DNA of 64,000 nucleotides from an uncultured Methanoregulaceae archaeon (GTDB lineage: Archaea; Halobacteriota; Methanomicrobia; Methanomicrobiales; Methanospirillaceae): contig CAWJAX010000005.1 in NCBI GenBank assembly GCA_963841015.1, forward strand, positions 320,001 through 384,000, read 5' to 3'. Shown piece by piece: positions 21,960 to 31,064 of the stretch (positions are counted from its first letter, which is position 1; each line of letters begins with the position of its first letter). Below the pieces are notes generated by a model. The model had not been told where the DNA came from. It made no database searches and saw nothing but the letters and a program-made list of their open reading frames with translations. The position numbers were made by a program, and so were the translations under genes.

Positions 21960-22160
21960 TTACAACCCGTGCTTGCGTTTCATGAGAGAAGTAACCCCGT
22001 ACTGCTCTTCATTTGGCGGGGCGGTTTCTTTCTTTTCATCTTGCTGCCCATTTTTCAGGATACCTTTGGCTTTTTGGGCAGCCATCTCAAGCCGCTCCCT
22101 GCATCGACCGACTGCGGTGCACCGCAATGCATTGATCGTTTTTGTGATATCCTTTACCAT
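21960..22160 (-). CDS. Small hypothetical protein, first gene of the atpH-atpI unit
   Basis: Stop codon abuts the atpH RBS; TATA-like element about 25 nt upstream of the ATG. Confidence 0.5.
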   Translation of the reverse strand: MVKDITKTINALRCTAVGRCRERLEMAAQKAKGILKNGQQDEKKETAPPNEEQYGVTSLMKRKHGL

Positions 22161-22178
22161 AAAACCAAGACAAACACG

Positions 22179-22188
22179 TTTTTATATC
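22179..22188 (-). promoter_or_regulatory. Putative archaeal TATA box for the 66aa-atpH-atpI transcript
   Basis: GATATAAAAA on the minus strand at a spacing that fits a leaderless start at 22160. Confidence 0.4.
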
Positions 22189-22395
22189 AATTTGACTATA
22201 CCCTATAAGTTTAATAAATAGTTTTCCGTTGGACTTCCGGGAAAAGCAACAGTATTGTTATCCAAGATGACTGAAGTGGAACGATTAGAGGTTTTTTGCC
22301 TCTGTAACTCTTTTTCAATCCCTCAAAAAAAGAGTCCGGAAATTGCCGATTGTGGCGAAGTGCTTATTAAAAAAACTGCTTGAAAAAGAGGGAGT

Positions 22396-23520
22396 TCAGG
22401 AAAATCCAAGATATATAGGCACAAAAAGGAACGCAAAGTAGATCAACAAAAGGGCAAAACCAAGAGGAACCCCGTATCTCGCCCATTCCTTACTGGTGAT
22501 TCCCATTTTGCTGGCTGAGATGATATTGGGGATGTTTCCGGGAATCAGCATACCCCCTGCGATTAAAAGCCCCATTAACGCACTTTTTATCTGGATCTCG
22601 CTCAGTGATGGTTCTATCTCCGCTGCTGCCAGGGTTGCATTGTCCAGCACTGCTGACACAGTATTCACCCAGTAAAGTGCTTCAGATGGAATCTGGACAA
22701 TATACTCAAGGATAAGTGGCTTGAATCCTTCTCCGAGAAAAACCAGTGCCATAATGAACAGGTACACTTTTCCTGCACGGATCACCACATCACGGAGGTT
22801 TTCACGGTTGAGTTTGCACTCAAGCCCTTCCGTAGGAGTACCTTGCCTTCTTAAGAAAGCTACCCCAACAAAACCCATGGCAAGGACAGCCGGGACGACA
22901 TAAATCCCCAGCAGAACCAGAAGGAACCAGAATCCTGCAAAATAAGGTTCGCCGGATAGTTTTGAGATGGCGATGGTAGAAAGTGGCTCACCCAAAGGAG
23001 TAAGTACTGCCCCAATCCCGATGGAAAAACAGGAGATCACCGTCACTCCAATCTTTTCCTGCCGTCCCAGTGGCAGGGCGCACACAATCTCGACAAGAAT
23101 GATAGCGGCAAGGATGGCCGAAATGATACTGGAAATAAGACCAAGGCCACAAATCAGGCTGAAGACAAGTATTTGAAGAGGCACCTTGTTTACGAGGAAC
23201 TGGATCCCCTTTTGGATCTGGTGATGTGCAAAATAAATAATCAGGCCGACTATGAGGACAATCTGAACAATGCCAACGGGAATACCGGCAACGGTTGTAA
23301 TCATGACCGGAGCAGTAAGCGCTTCAACAACTATCTCGGGCGTCCACCCGAATGTTTCTCCTTCCATGGTCGCAAAACTGGAAATACTCAGTGCAGCGAT
23401 TCCACAGATGAAGAGAAATACCTCAAGGTTCTCCTCGACTTTTTTAACTTTGAACGGGAGCACCAGTACAACGATGAATATACCTATGAGCAGGATATTA
23501 ACGATTGTGAGTTGCTCCAT
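22396..23520 (-). CDS. DUF1646 family putative cation transporter (ion transporter superfamily)
   Basis: VEENLE.FLF, GAVLTPLGEPLSTI, SAVLDNATLAAAE, GGMLIPGNIPNII; many TM helices. Confidence 0.85.
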   Translation of the reverse strand: MEQLTIVNILLIGIFIVVLVLPFKVKKVEENLEVFLFICGIAALSISSFATMEGETFGWTPEIVVEALTAPVMITTVAGIPVGIVQIVLIVGLIIYFAHHQIQKGIQFLVNKVPLQILVFSLICGLGLISSIISAILAAIILVEIVCALPLGRQEKIGVTVISCFSIGIGAVLTPLGEPLSTIAISKLSGEPYFAGFWFLLVLLGIYVVPAVLAMGFVGVAFLRRQGTPTEGLECKLNRENLRDVVIRAGKVYLFIMALVFLGEGFKPLILEYIVQIPSEALYWVNTVSAVLDNATLAAAEIEPSLSEIQIKSALMGLLIAGGMLIPGNIPNIISASKMGITSKEWARYGVPLGFALLLIYFAFLFVPIYLGFS

Positions 23521-23707
23521 GGGTACAAATCCTGTGCATAGTGCTGCGGTTGATTATTTTTTCATTGCGTATCTCAATACATTATCCCGTTTGGTGATTA
23601 ACCAATCATGTTGATAAGGAGATATTTGTTCAAACCTTTAACGTTTTGCCCCTTTTTTTGTTTCTGACACAATTCATTTATCTGCTTTATCCTTATACTA
23701 TCATCAG

Positions 23708-24694
23708 ATGAAACGTATCCCGCCGCACTGCAGGGAAAAAAAATGCAACCTTTACCTGATGGTATTCATCGTGGCAGCACTGTCTTTTCTTGAACGTTTC
23801 ACCTGTGCAGGATTCTTTGGAACAGATGTGAAAAAGCTTAAAGAAACACGGAATGTTCAAGGGCTGATTCTCGCTTTAAAAAACCGGGATCCCAAAATAC
23901 AATACGATGCGGCGGAAGCACTTGGTGATATTGGGGACTCCAGGGCAGTCGAACCACTGGCAACCGCACTGAAAAACGATGAATTCAGTGGTGTTCGGTG
24001 GAAGGCTGCAGAAGCACTCTCAAAAATAGGTTCTCCTGCTGTCCCTGCTCTGATCGGGGCACTGCGACATGACGATGATGACGTGAGGTGGAAAGCGGCT
24101 GTCGCATTGGGGGAGATTGGCGATCCGCAGGCTATTGAACCTCTCATTCTATTGCTCTGCGATGAGGACAGGTTTGTCAAGAGCCATGCAGCTCTTGCTC
24201 TTGGCTCAATTGGTGAACCCGCGGTCAACCCCCTCATGCGTGCACTCCGTGAAGGCGATGGAAATCTCCGATGGGGTGCCGCCATCGCATTGGGCAAAAT
24301 TCGTGATCCACGAGCTATCGAACCCTTGATACGGGCTCTTGCTGATAAGTACGAGAATGTCCGTGCAGAATCTGCGTCATCACTTGCAGCAATCGGAAAA
24401 CCCGCATTAGGGCCTTTGTTACAGTTTTTAAAATTTTCAGATGGACCTGAACGACTTGAAGTTGTCACTGCGCTTGGTGAATTACAGGACACTGATGCCA
24501 TCCAGCCGCTTATCCAGATGCTTGAGAATGCAGATGAGGACGAACGAAAAGCAATAGCGGATGCACTGGATGCAATTCTGATTCCAACGGTCGAACCCCT
24601 CGTACGGAAACTCCGGGACGGACATGATCATAAGAATGAGATGACCAGATCAGAGAATAAAGATCGAGATGTATACCATGGAACCGTCCCCTGA
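23708..24694 (+). CDS. HEAT/PBS-lyase repeat protein (true start uncertain)
   Basis: DVKKLK...GLI.AL N-cap and tandem VRW.AA.ALG.IGD..A.EPL repeats. Confidence 0.88.
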   Translation: MKRIPPHCREKKCNLYLMVFIVAALSFLERFTCAGFFGTDVKKLKETRNVQGLILALKNRDPKIQYDAAEALGDIGDSRAVEPLATALKNDEFSGVRWKAAEALSKIGSPAVPALIGALRHDDDDVRWKAAVALGEIGDPQAIEPLILLLCDEDRFVKSHAALALGSIGEPAVNPLMRALREGDGNLRWGAAIALGKIRDPRAIEPLIRALADKYENVRAESASSLAAIGKPALGPLLQFLKFSDGPERLEVVTALGELQDTDAIQPLIQMLENADEDERKAIADALDAILIPTVEPLVRKLRDGHDHKNEMTRSENKDRDVYHGTVP

Positions 24695-25199
24695 AGATAC
24701 AAAAATTTACCGGCTCATTTCAGCACTATCTGATCCCTCCACCGACATACGTCATCAGGCTATACGGATGCTTGGCAAACTTGGCAGTCCTGCGGTTGAA
24801 CCACTTATTCAGGCGCTTGCAGGGGCTTCCGATAACGATAATCGCTGGTACGCTGCACTTGCATTGTCTCATGTTGGCGCCCCGGCAATAAATCCCCTGA
24901 TTTCGGCAATGCGGGTTCATCCTGAGAATGAGTTCAGGAGGTATGCAGCGGCAGCACTGGGAAATATCGGGATTCCTGCAATCGAACCAGTAATCGATGC
25001 GATGGCTGACGAAGACCGTGTGCTGCGTGGTTTTCTCTCTCTCGCTCTTTGCCGGATAGGAAAACCTGCAGTCGGCCCCCTCACTCTTCGACTTGATGAC
25101 GCTGACGAAATTATCAGGTCATGTGCCACCCTTACTCTCTGGCAGATGGGTGAAACCGGGCTTCCTGCGATAGTGGATAAGATGCAGGAAGAAGAATAA
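24669..25199 (+). CDS. HEAT repeat protein
   Basis: About 5 HEAT-like units. Confidence 0.8.
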   Translation: MYTMEPSPEDTKIYRLISALSDPSTDIRHQAIRMLGKLGSPAVEPLIQALAGASDNDNRWYAALALSHVGAPAINPLISAMRVHPENEFRRYAAAALGNIGIPAIEPVIDAMADEDRVLRGFLSLALCRIGKPAVGPLTLRLDDADEIIRSCATLTLWQMGETGLPAIVDKMQEEE

Positions 25200-25284
25200 C
25201 CAGCGTGGCACTTTTTTTACCGGACATTTTTTTTTGCATGCCGACACGAACAGATAAATCAGCTCACGCGAAAACCGTACCGGT

Positions 25285-28200
25285 ATGCTTGTGCTTTCGC
25301 CAGCGATGGAGGCGTATGAAAAATCGCTGATGGACGATCTCCTTTTCGCAATAGCGATAGCAAAAAAAGCCCGTTCCCGGGGTCTGGATCCTTCGACCGA
25401 TATCGAGATTCCTATTGCCAGTGACCTTGCGGACCGGGTTGAAGCGCTTCTTGGAATTAAAGGAGTGGCAGAGCGGATACGTGAGCTCGAATCCCTCATG
25501 TCACGGGAAGAGGTTGCTCTGCGAATAGGAGATGATTTTGTAGCCCGGAAGTTTGGTGAAACGACGAACGAACAGATTCTCGATCATGCCATACGTACAG
25601 CAATGGCTCTCCTGACTGAAGGAGTCGTGGCGGCACCCACCGAAGGGATCGCAAAAGTCGGACTCGGGAAAAATGATGACGGGAGCCAGTACCTGAAAAT
25701 CTTTTACGCCGGGCCAATCCGGAGTGCAGGAGGGACAGCTCAGGCACTTTCGGTACTTGTAGGCGATTACGTCCGCCGGCAGCTTGGCATCAGTCGTTAC
25801 AATCCCCGTCAGGAAGAGGTTGAGCGGTATATCGAGGAGATCCGGCAATATAACACCATTATGAATCTCCAGTACCTGCCCAGCGAACAGGAAATCCGTC
25901 TTATAGTTGAGAATTGCCCGGTGTGCATTGATGGGGAAGCAACCGAACAGGAAGAGGTCTCAGGCCACCGCAACCTTGAGCGGGTAGAGACAAACACGGT
26001 GCGGGGTGGTATGGCCCTGGTCCTTGCGGAAGGCATTGCCGGGAAGGCTCCAAAACTCAGGAGCAAAGTTGATATGATGAAGATGGATGGCTGGGACTGG
26101 CTGGGAAAACTCATTAAAAACAAAACAGATGAAGGAACAGTCAGTATCAAACCCTTAGACAAGTACCTTCGGGACCTGATCGGGGGAAGACCCGTATTTT
26201 CTTATCCGATGCGGAAAGGGGGGTTCCGGCTCCGTTACGGGAGGTCCCGCAATACAGGATTTGCTGCTGCAGGACTGCATCCCGCAACACTGTATGTTCT
26301 TGGGGAATTTCTTGCGGTCGGTACCCAGATGAAGACCGAACGCCCTGGCAAGGCATGCGGGGTTGTTCCCGTTGATTCCATTGAAGGACCGACCGTGCGG
26401 ATGCAGAATGGCGATGTGTTGCGGATTGATGATGCAGCGACAGCACAACAACTTGTACCCGGTATTGAAAAGATCCTTGATGTAGGTGAAATCCTCATCT
26501 CGTTTGGCGAATTCCTCGAGAACAACCACCCGCTGATCCCCTGTGGTTATTGTGAGGAATGGTGGCTGGTTGAAGTTGCCGCGGGCACAAAGCCTCCTAG
26601 AAACGAAGAAGAAGCCATTGCCCTTGCAAGAAGCGGGGGATATCTCCATCCTGCGTACACATGGTTCTGGGACGATCTTTCTTTAGAACAGATCCATACT
26701 ATTGCTGACGCTGCCACAAGGCAGGGAAAAATTGTGGATGGCTTCCTGCAGATCCCGAATGAACCCTTAACAAAAACAATTCTTGAAGAACTCCTCATTC
26801 CCCATGAGGTTCGTAATGGTTATATCCGGATTAAAACCTACCGTGCGTTCATTACCTGCCTTGGGCTCGATGAAAACCTGAAAAAAACCGATGCATGGAG
26901 GAATGCACCTGATGATACCCCGTTCAATCTCATCACGCATCTTTCAGGAATAAAACTCCGATCACGTGCGGGTACGCGGATAGGCGGCCGCATGGGCCGG
27001 CCGGGGAAATCCAAACCCCGGAAGATGAATCCCCCTCCCCATGTCCTGTTCCCTCTCGGCGACTCAGGAGGTTCACGGCGATCATTTCAGTCTGCATCCA
27101 ACCACACCGCAGAAGTGGATGCAACAATCACGGAGATAGATTTTCAGAAGGAAGGGGGGATCATCGAGATCGAGGTCGGAAGGCGGCGGTGCACTGAATG
27201 CCAGGAGATTACGTATACCAACCGGTGTGAGAAATGCGGAGTACATACCGTCGCCGTGACAACCTGTCCCAAATGCGGGAGAGAGACGTTAATGGAGCGG
27301 TGTCCCGGTTGTGATGTCCCGACTACCTGCAATCAGAGAATTTCCCTGAATGTAAAAGGGGAATACGCAAAGGCAATGGAACGGCTGGGACTCAGAACCG
27401 ATAGTGTGGCACTCGTCAAGGGAGTGAAGGGGATCATCTCAAGGGAAAAAGCAGTGGAGGCGATGGAAAAGGGAATCCTGCGTGCAATCCAGAACATCTT
27501 TGTTTTCAAGGATGGGACAACGCGGTTTGATATGATCGACCTGCCACTCACCCATATCCGTCCTAATGAGGTGAGGGTTTCTGTTGAAAAACTCCGCTCA
27601 CTCGGGTATGTCAAAGATACCCTTGGATATGATCTCCAGAATGGATCGCAGGTTGTGGAACTACGTCCTCAGGATCTTCTCATCTCCGATTCATGCGCTG
27701 AATATATGGTGAACGTTGCGAAATTCATGGATGACCTGCTTGTCAAATGCTACGGACTTGACCCATTCTACAATGTTAAAAAACCCGATGATCTCATCGG
27801 GCATCTTGTGATCGGGCTTGCGCCCCACACGAGCGCTGGTGTCCTTGCCCGGATTGTCGGGTTCACCAGGGCAAACGTCGGTTATGCTCACCCGTTCTTC
27901 CATGCTGCCAAACGCCGGAACTGTTTCTACGGTGATACCGAGGTTGAAGTATTTGATGGAAAACACTGGGAAAAATCTCCCGTGCGAAAATTTGTGCTTG
28001 AAAATTTTGATGTGAGCAAACCGGGCATCGACAGGCTTGGGACATACTATTCAGATCCGGCGCAACCCTATTACACCCGAACCATTGATACTGGGGGGGT
28101 CATGCATATCCGCAGGATCACATCGGTATCCATTCACCGTTCTCCTTCAACTCTTCTCCACTTCATCACAAAACTCGGAAAAGAGATTGCAGTTACACCC

Positions 28201-29187
28201 GATCATGCGATGCTGGTCTGGGACACTTTGTATCTTCGCAAGATCAGGGCATTGGAACTCAAAGTCGGCGATGCAGTGCCCGTGCTCGAAGGTGCGAACG
28301 TTATCGCCGACTATATCCGGTCTATTGTAGCTGTGCCGGCTCCGGAAGAAAGAGTTTACTGCCTGACCGTTGCTGAGGATCATACGCTTGTCGCGAATGG
28401 TATCTTTACCGGGCAGTGCGATGGTGATGAAGACTGCATTATGCTGCTTCTTGATGGCCTGATAAACTTCTCGCGTTCGTTCCTGCCCCAGAACCGTGGG
28501 GGATCGATGGATGCCCCGCTTGTCCTGACGAGCAGGATAGATCCTGCGGAAATCGACAAGGAAGCCTTGAATGTCGATGTCTGTGATCGTTATCCTCTGG
28601 AACTCTACACAAGTGCACTCACGTATGTCGAACCTAAAATGATCAAAGAGTTAATTGATCGTGTTGAACGGAGAATCGGGACCCCCTCACAGCTCGAAGG
28701 CTTCCAGTTTACTCATGATACCTCTGATATCTCGGCGGGCCCGATAGAATCCATGTACACCCAGCTCAAGACCATGACGGAAAAACTTGAGGCTGAACTG
28801 GTCCTGGCTGAAAAGATACGTGCGGTTGACGCGGATGACGTTGCGGAACGGGTACTTACCACCCACTTCATCCGCGACCTTATGGGCAATCTCTCTGCGT
28901 TCTCCAAACAGAAGTTCCGGTGTTCCAAATGCAACACAAGCTACCGGCGGATGCCCCTTGCAGGCAAATGCACGAAGTTTAAGGGGAAGGGTGTCTGCAA
29001 CGGCAATATCATTCCAACCGTCCATGAAGGGTCAGTCAAGAAATATCTCGAAATGTCCCGGGAGATCTGCAGGAAGTATAAGGTATCCGAGTACACCAAG
29101 CAGCGTGTCGAGGTGCTTGAACTTGCTATCACGTCTACGTTTGGTGAGGAAAAGCAGCAGCAGCTCGGGCTTGCCGACTTCATGTAA
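25285..29187 (+). CDS. polC: DNA polymerase D large subunit DP2 (intein-containing)
   Basis: [34 protein letters not shown], Zn-finger cluster, FHAAKRRN|CDGDED catalytic motif, C-terminal PIP-like QLGLADF. Confidence 0.97.
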   Translation: MLVLSPAMEAYEKSLMDDLLFAIAIAKKARSRGLDPSTDIEIPIASDLADRVEALLGIKGVAERIRELESLMSREEVALRIGDDFVARKFGETTNEQILDHAIRTAMALLTEGVVAAPTEGIAKVGLGKNDDGSQYLKIFYAGPIRSAGGTAQALSVLVGDYVRRQLGISRYNPRQEEVERYIEEIRQYNTIMNLQYLPSEQEIRLIVENCPVCIDGEATEQEEVSGHRNLERVETNTVRGGMALVLAEGIAGKAPKLRSKVDMMKMDGWDWLGKLIKNKTDEGTVSIKPLDKYLRDLIGGRPVFSYPMRKGGFRLRYGRSRNTGFAAAGLHPATLYVLGEFLAVGTQMKTERPGKACGVVPVDSIEGPTVRMQNGDVLRIDDAATAQQLVPGIEKILDVGEILISFGEFLENNHPLIPCGYCEEWWLVEVAAGTKPPRNEEEAIALARSGGYLHPAYTWFWDDLSLEQIHTIADAATRQGKIVDGFLQIPNEPLTKTILEELLIPHEVRNGYIRIKTYRAFITCLGLDENLKKTDAWRNAPDDTPFNLITHLSGIKLRSRAGTRIGGRMGRPGKSKPRKMNPPPHVLFPLGDSGGSRRSFQSASNHTAEVDATITEIDFQKEGGIIEIEVGRRRCTECQEITYTNRCEKCGVHTVAVTTCPKCGRETLMERCPGCDVPTTCNQRISLNVKGEYAKAMERLGLRTDSVALVKGVKGIISREKAVEAMEKGILRAIQNIFVFKDGTTRFDMIDLPLTHIRPNEVRVSVEKLRSLGYVKDTLGYDLQNGSQVVELRPQDLLISDSCAEYMVNVAKFMDDLLVKCYGLDPFYNVKKPDDLIGHLVIGLAPHTSAGVLARIVGFTRANVGYAHPFFHAAKRRNCFYGDTEVEVFDGKHWEKSPVRKFVLENFDVSKPGIDRLGTYYSDPAQPYYTRTIDTGGVMHIRRITSVSIHRSPSTLLHFITKLGKEIAVTPDHAMLVWDTLYLRKIRALELKVGDAVPVLEGANVIADYIRSIVAVPAPEERVYCLTVAEDHTLVANGIFTGQCDGDEDCIMLLLDGLINFSRSFLPQNRGGSMDAPLVLTSRIDPAEIDKEALNVDVCDRYPLELYTSALTYVEPKMIKELIDRVERRIGTPSQLEGFQFTHDTSDISAGPIESMYTQLKTMTEKLEAELVLAEKIRAVDADDVAERVLTTHFIRDLMGNLSAFSKQKFRCSKCNTSYRRMPLAGKCTKFKGKGVCNGNIIPTVHEGSVKKYLEMSREICRKYKVSEYTKQRVEVLELAITSTFGEEKQQQLGLADFM
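27922..28416 (+). mobile_element. Mini-intein (165 aa, no homing endonuclease) in PolD DP2
   Basis: Interrupts KRRN|CDGDED. Starts CFYGDTEV, block B VTPDH, block [11 protein letters not shown], ends ANGIFTGQ before Cys+1. Confidence 0.93.
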
Positions 29188-29325
29188 TTTTTTTAGGAAT
29201 ATTACCCCGGTTTTTGCGACTGATACAATCCGAATCACCAGGTATCAAAGCACAGTTCCTTGCACGGCGTTTCTGCCGATCAGGTACCTTAATTATTCCT
29301 GTCGCCAACATTATCCATCACAGGC

Positions 29326-29410
29326 GCGGGGATAGCCAAGCCTGGTCAACGGCGATAGACTCAAGATCTATTCTCGCAGGAGTTCGTCGGTTCAAATCCG
29401 GCTCCCCGCA
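29326..29410 (+). tRNA. tRNA-Leu (CAA)
   Basis: GCGGGGA/TCCCCGC acceptor stem, anticodon arm ATAGA-CTCAAGA-TCTAT, long variable arm, GGTTCAAATCC T-arm, discriminator A; no encoded CCA. Confidence 0.95.
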
Positions 29411-29649
29411 TATTTTCCCTGTTCTTTCAATTACCTTTCCAGATTCTGTCATTGTTCCCACCCTGGCAATCAATGATAAGAATCACTGCATGCAGTTATG
29501 GAACATTGATGACAGGGAACAATCAACAGGTAGTATTGAGAAACTTTCATGACGGGAACCGGAACTGGTCCTGATGATGTGCAGTACATGGACCATTCCC
29601 CCTCTTCCCAAGAGTGGTAACCGTCATTCCTCACCGTTTCAGGTATCGC

Positions 29650-30285
29650 ATGGATGTAAGTTTGTTTGTTCAGGGAATTATCATCGGCCTGACCCTTGCT
29701 GTACCGGTCGGTCCTCTGTCTCTCATATGCATCCAGCGTACAGTAAAAGAAGGACGTCTTCATGGGATCTTTTCAGGTATGGGTGTGGCGACCGCTGATT
29801 CATTCTATGCTGCTGTCACCTTTCTTGGTCTTACGGTTATTTCCGGCTTTATCATCACCCACCAGTATCTTTTTCGTTTCCTTGCAGGGGTCGTCTTAAT
29901 CCTTATCGGCATACGGGTTTTCCTGTCTGTCCCCGCAGCCATTACCGCAAAAACCGAGCATGAGACGTATATGAAGGATTACCTCTCCATGGTTGCCCTT
30001 GCGATTGCAAACCCGCTGACCCTGGTCTTCTTTTTGGTAATTTTACCAGGATATGGCTTCGTGATCCACGGGATTTCTTCTCTGTCTGCAGCAGAATTTG
30101 TCGCAGGAGTTTTTTTTGGCTCCACGGTTTGGTGGATCGTGCTCTGTGGGTCCATTGGATCTGTGCGTTCCCGTATAAGCATGGCAAACCTGGGATTGAT
30201 CAACCGTGTGTCTGGACTGCTTATTTCATGTTTTGGCACAGGTGTGCTCATTCTTCTCATTATGGCAATCGGGCTGCCCTGGTGA
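29650..30285 (+). CDS. LysE/RhtB family translocator
   Basis: GLTLAVPVGP, G.G.ATAD, LAIANPLT, GS..WW. Confidence 0.9.
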   Translation: MDVSLFVQGIIIGLTLAVPVGPLSLICIQRTVKEGRLHGIFSGMGVATADSFYAAVTFLGLTVISGFIITHQYLFRFLAGVVLILIGIRVFLSVPAAITAKTEHETYMKDYLSMVALAIANPLTLVFFLVILPGYGFVIHGISSLSAAEFVAGVFFGSTVWWIVLCGSIGSVRSRISMANLGLINRVSGLLISCFGTGVLILLIMAIGLPW

Positions 30286-30500
30286 TCAACTCTCTTCACT
30301 CTATCCACAGTACCAGGGGACGAGAATCTGATTGTGCGCATCGCCCGGGAAAAAAAATATATATTTCTCTGAACCAGCCGCCAATTGCTGTTCCGGCATA
30401 CCGGGGCGAGCGTTGAGGGAATAATTTTATTTTCTCTTACACCAAAAATTGAGCACTTGATAAGGGAAATCAAAATGGAGAAAAACGAGGAGAGGTTGCA

Positions 30501-30809
30501 CTGACAGATAAGAAACCGGGATCACCCCCGGGTGATGAGATCGTCAGGGTAAAGTTGCCTCAGAAACGGAACCGGGAAATATTTGGCAATGCTGAACTAA
30601 TGATGGGTGCAAATCATATCCGTGTCCGTTGTTTCGATGGCGTGACCCGGATGGGGAGAATCAAGGGAAAGATCAAAAAGAAAGTCTGGATCCGTGAAGG
30701 GGATATCCTGATAGTCATTCCATGGAACTTCCAGGACGAAAAATGTGATATCATTTACCGGTATACCGGCCCGCAGGTCGAGTGGCTCCGGCGTAATAAG
30801 TATTTGTGA
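30501..30809 (+). CDS. eif1a: Translation initiation factor aIF-1A (probable CTG start at 30501)
   Basis: VRVKLP...MMGAN, VRCFDG..RMGRI.GK.KK.VWIREGD, RYT..QV.WL. The conserved VRV lies upstream of the first canonical start codon. Confidence 0.93.
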   Translation: MTDKKPGSPPGDEIVRVKLPQKRNREIFGNAELMMGANHIRVRCFDGVTRMGRIKGKIKKKVWIREGDILIVIPWNFQDEKCDIIYRYTGPQVEWLRRNKYL

Positions 30810-30820
30810 ATGCTGTTAAG

Positions 30821-30843
30821 ATTTTTCTTTTTTTTTCAGTTTT
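30821..30843 (+). terminator. Oligo-T archaeal terminator after eif1a
   Basis: T-rich tract immediately after the stop codon. Confidence 0.5.
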
Positions 30844-31064
30844 GAAATCATGATTGGAACCAGTACTCATGACATACCTACTGTTTGCAGCTGTCAGGGT
30901 TTTCGGTCCTGGGAATCAAAAATTATTCCTAATACGAACGACATAAAATTTATTTTTAAGCCATTTTAAATTGTTTTTTTAACCAAAAAAATAAAATTTA
31001 AAGTATTTTAAAAAAAGATATGTTTATATATTTTTACATGTAATCGTCCTAATAGTGAATTATT

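Noticed and set aside
29326-30450. tRNA-Leu as an integration site for an island
   Set aside because: No integrase and no duplicated tRNA 3' end was found downstream.
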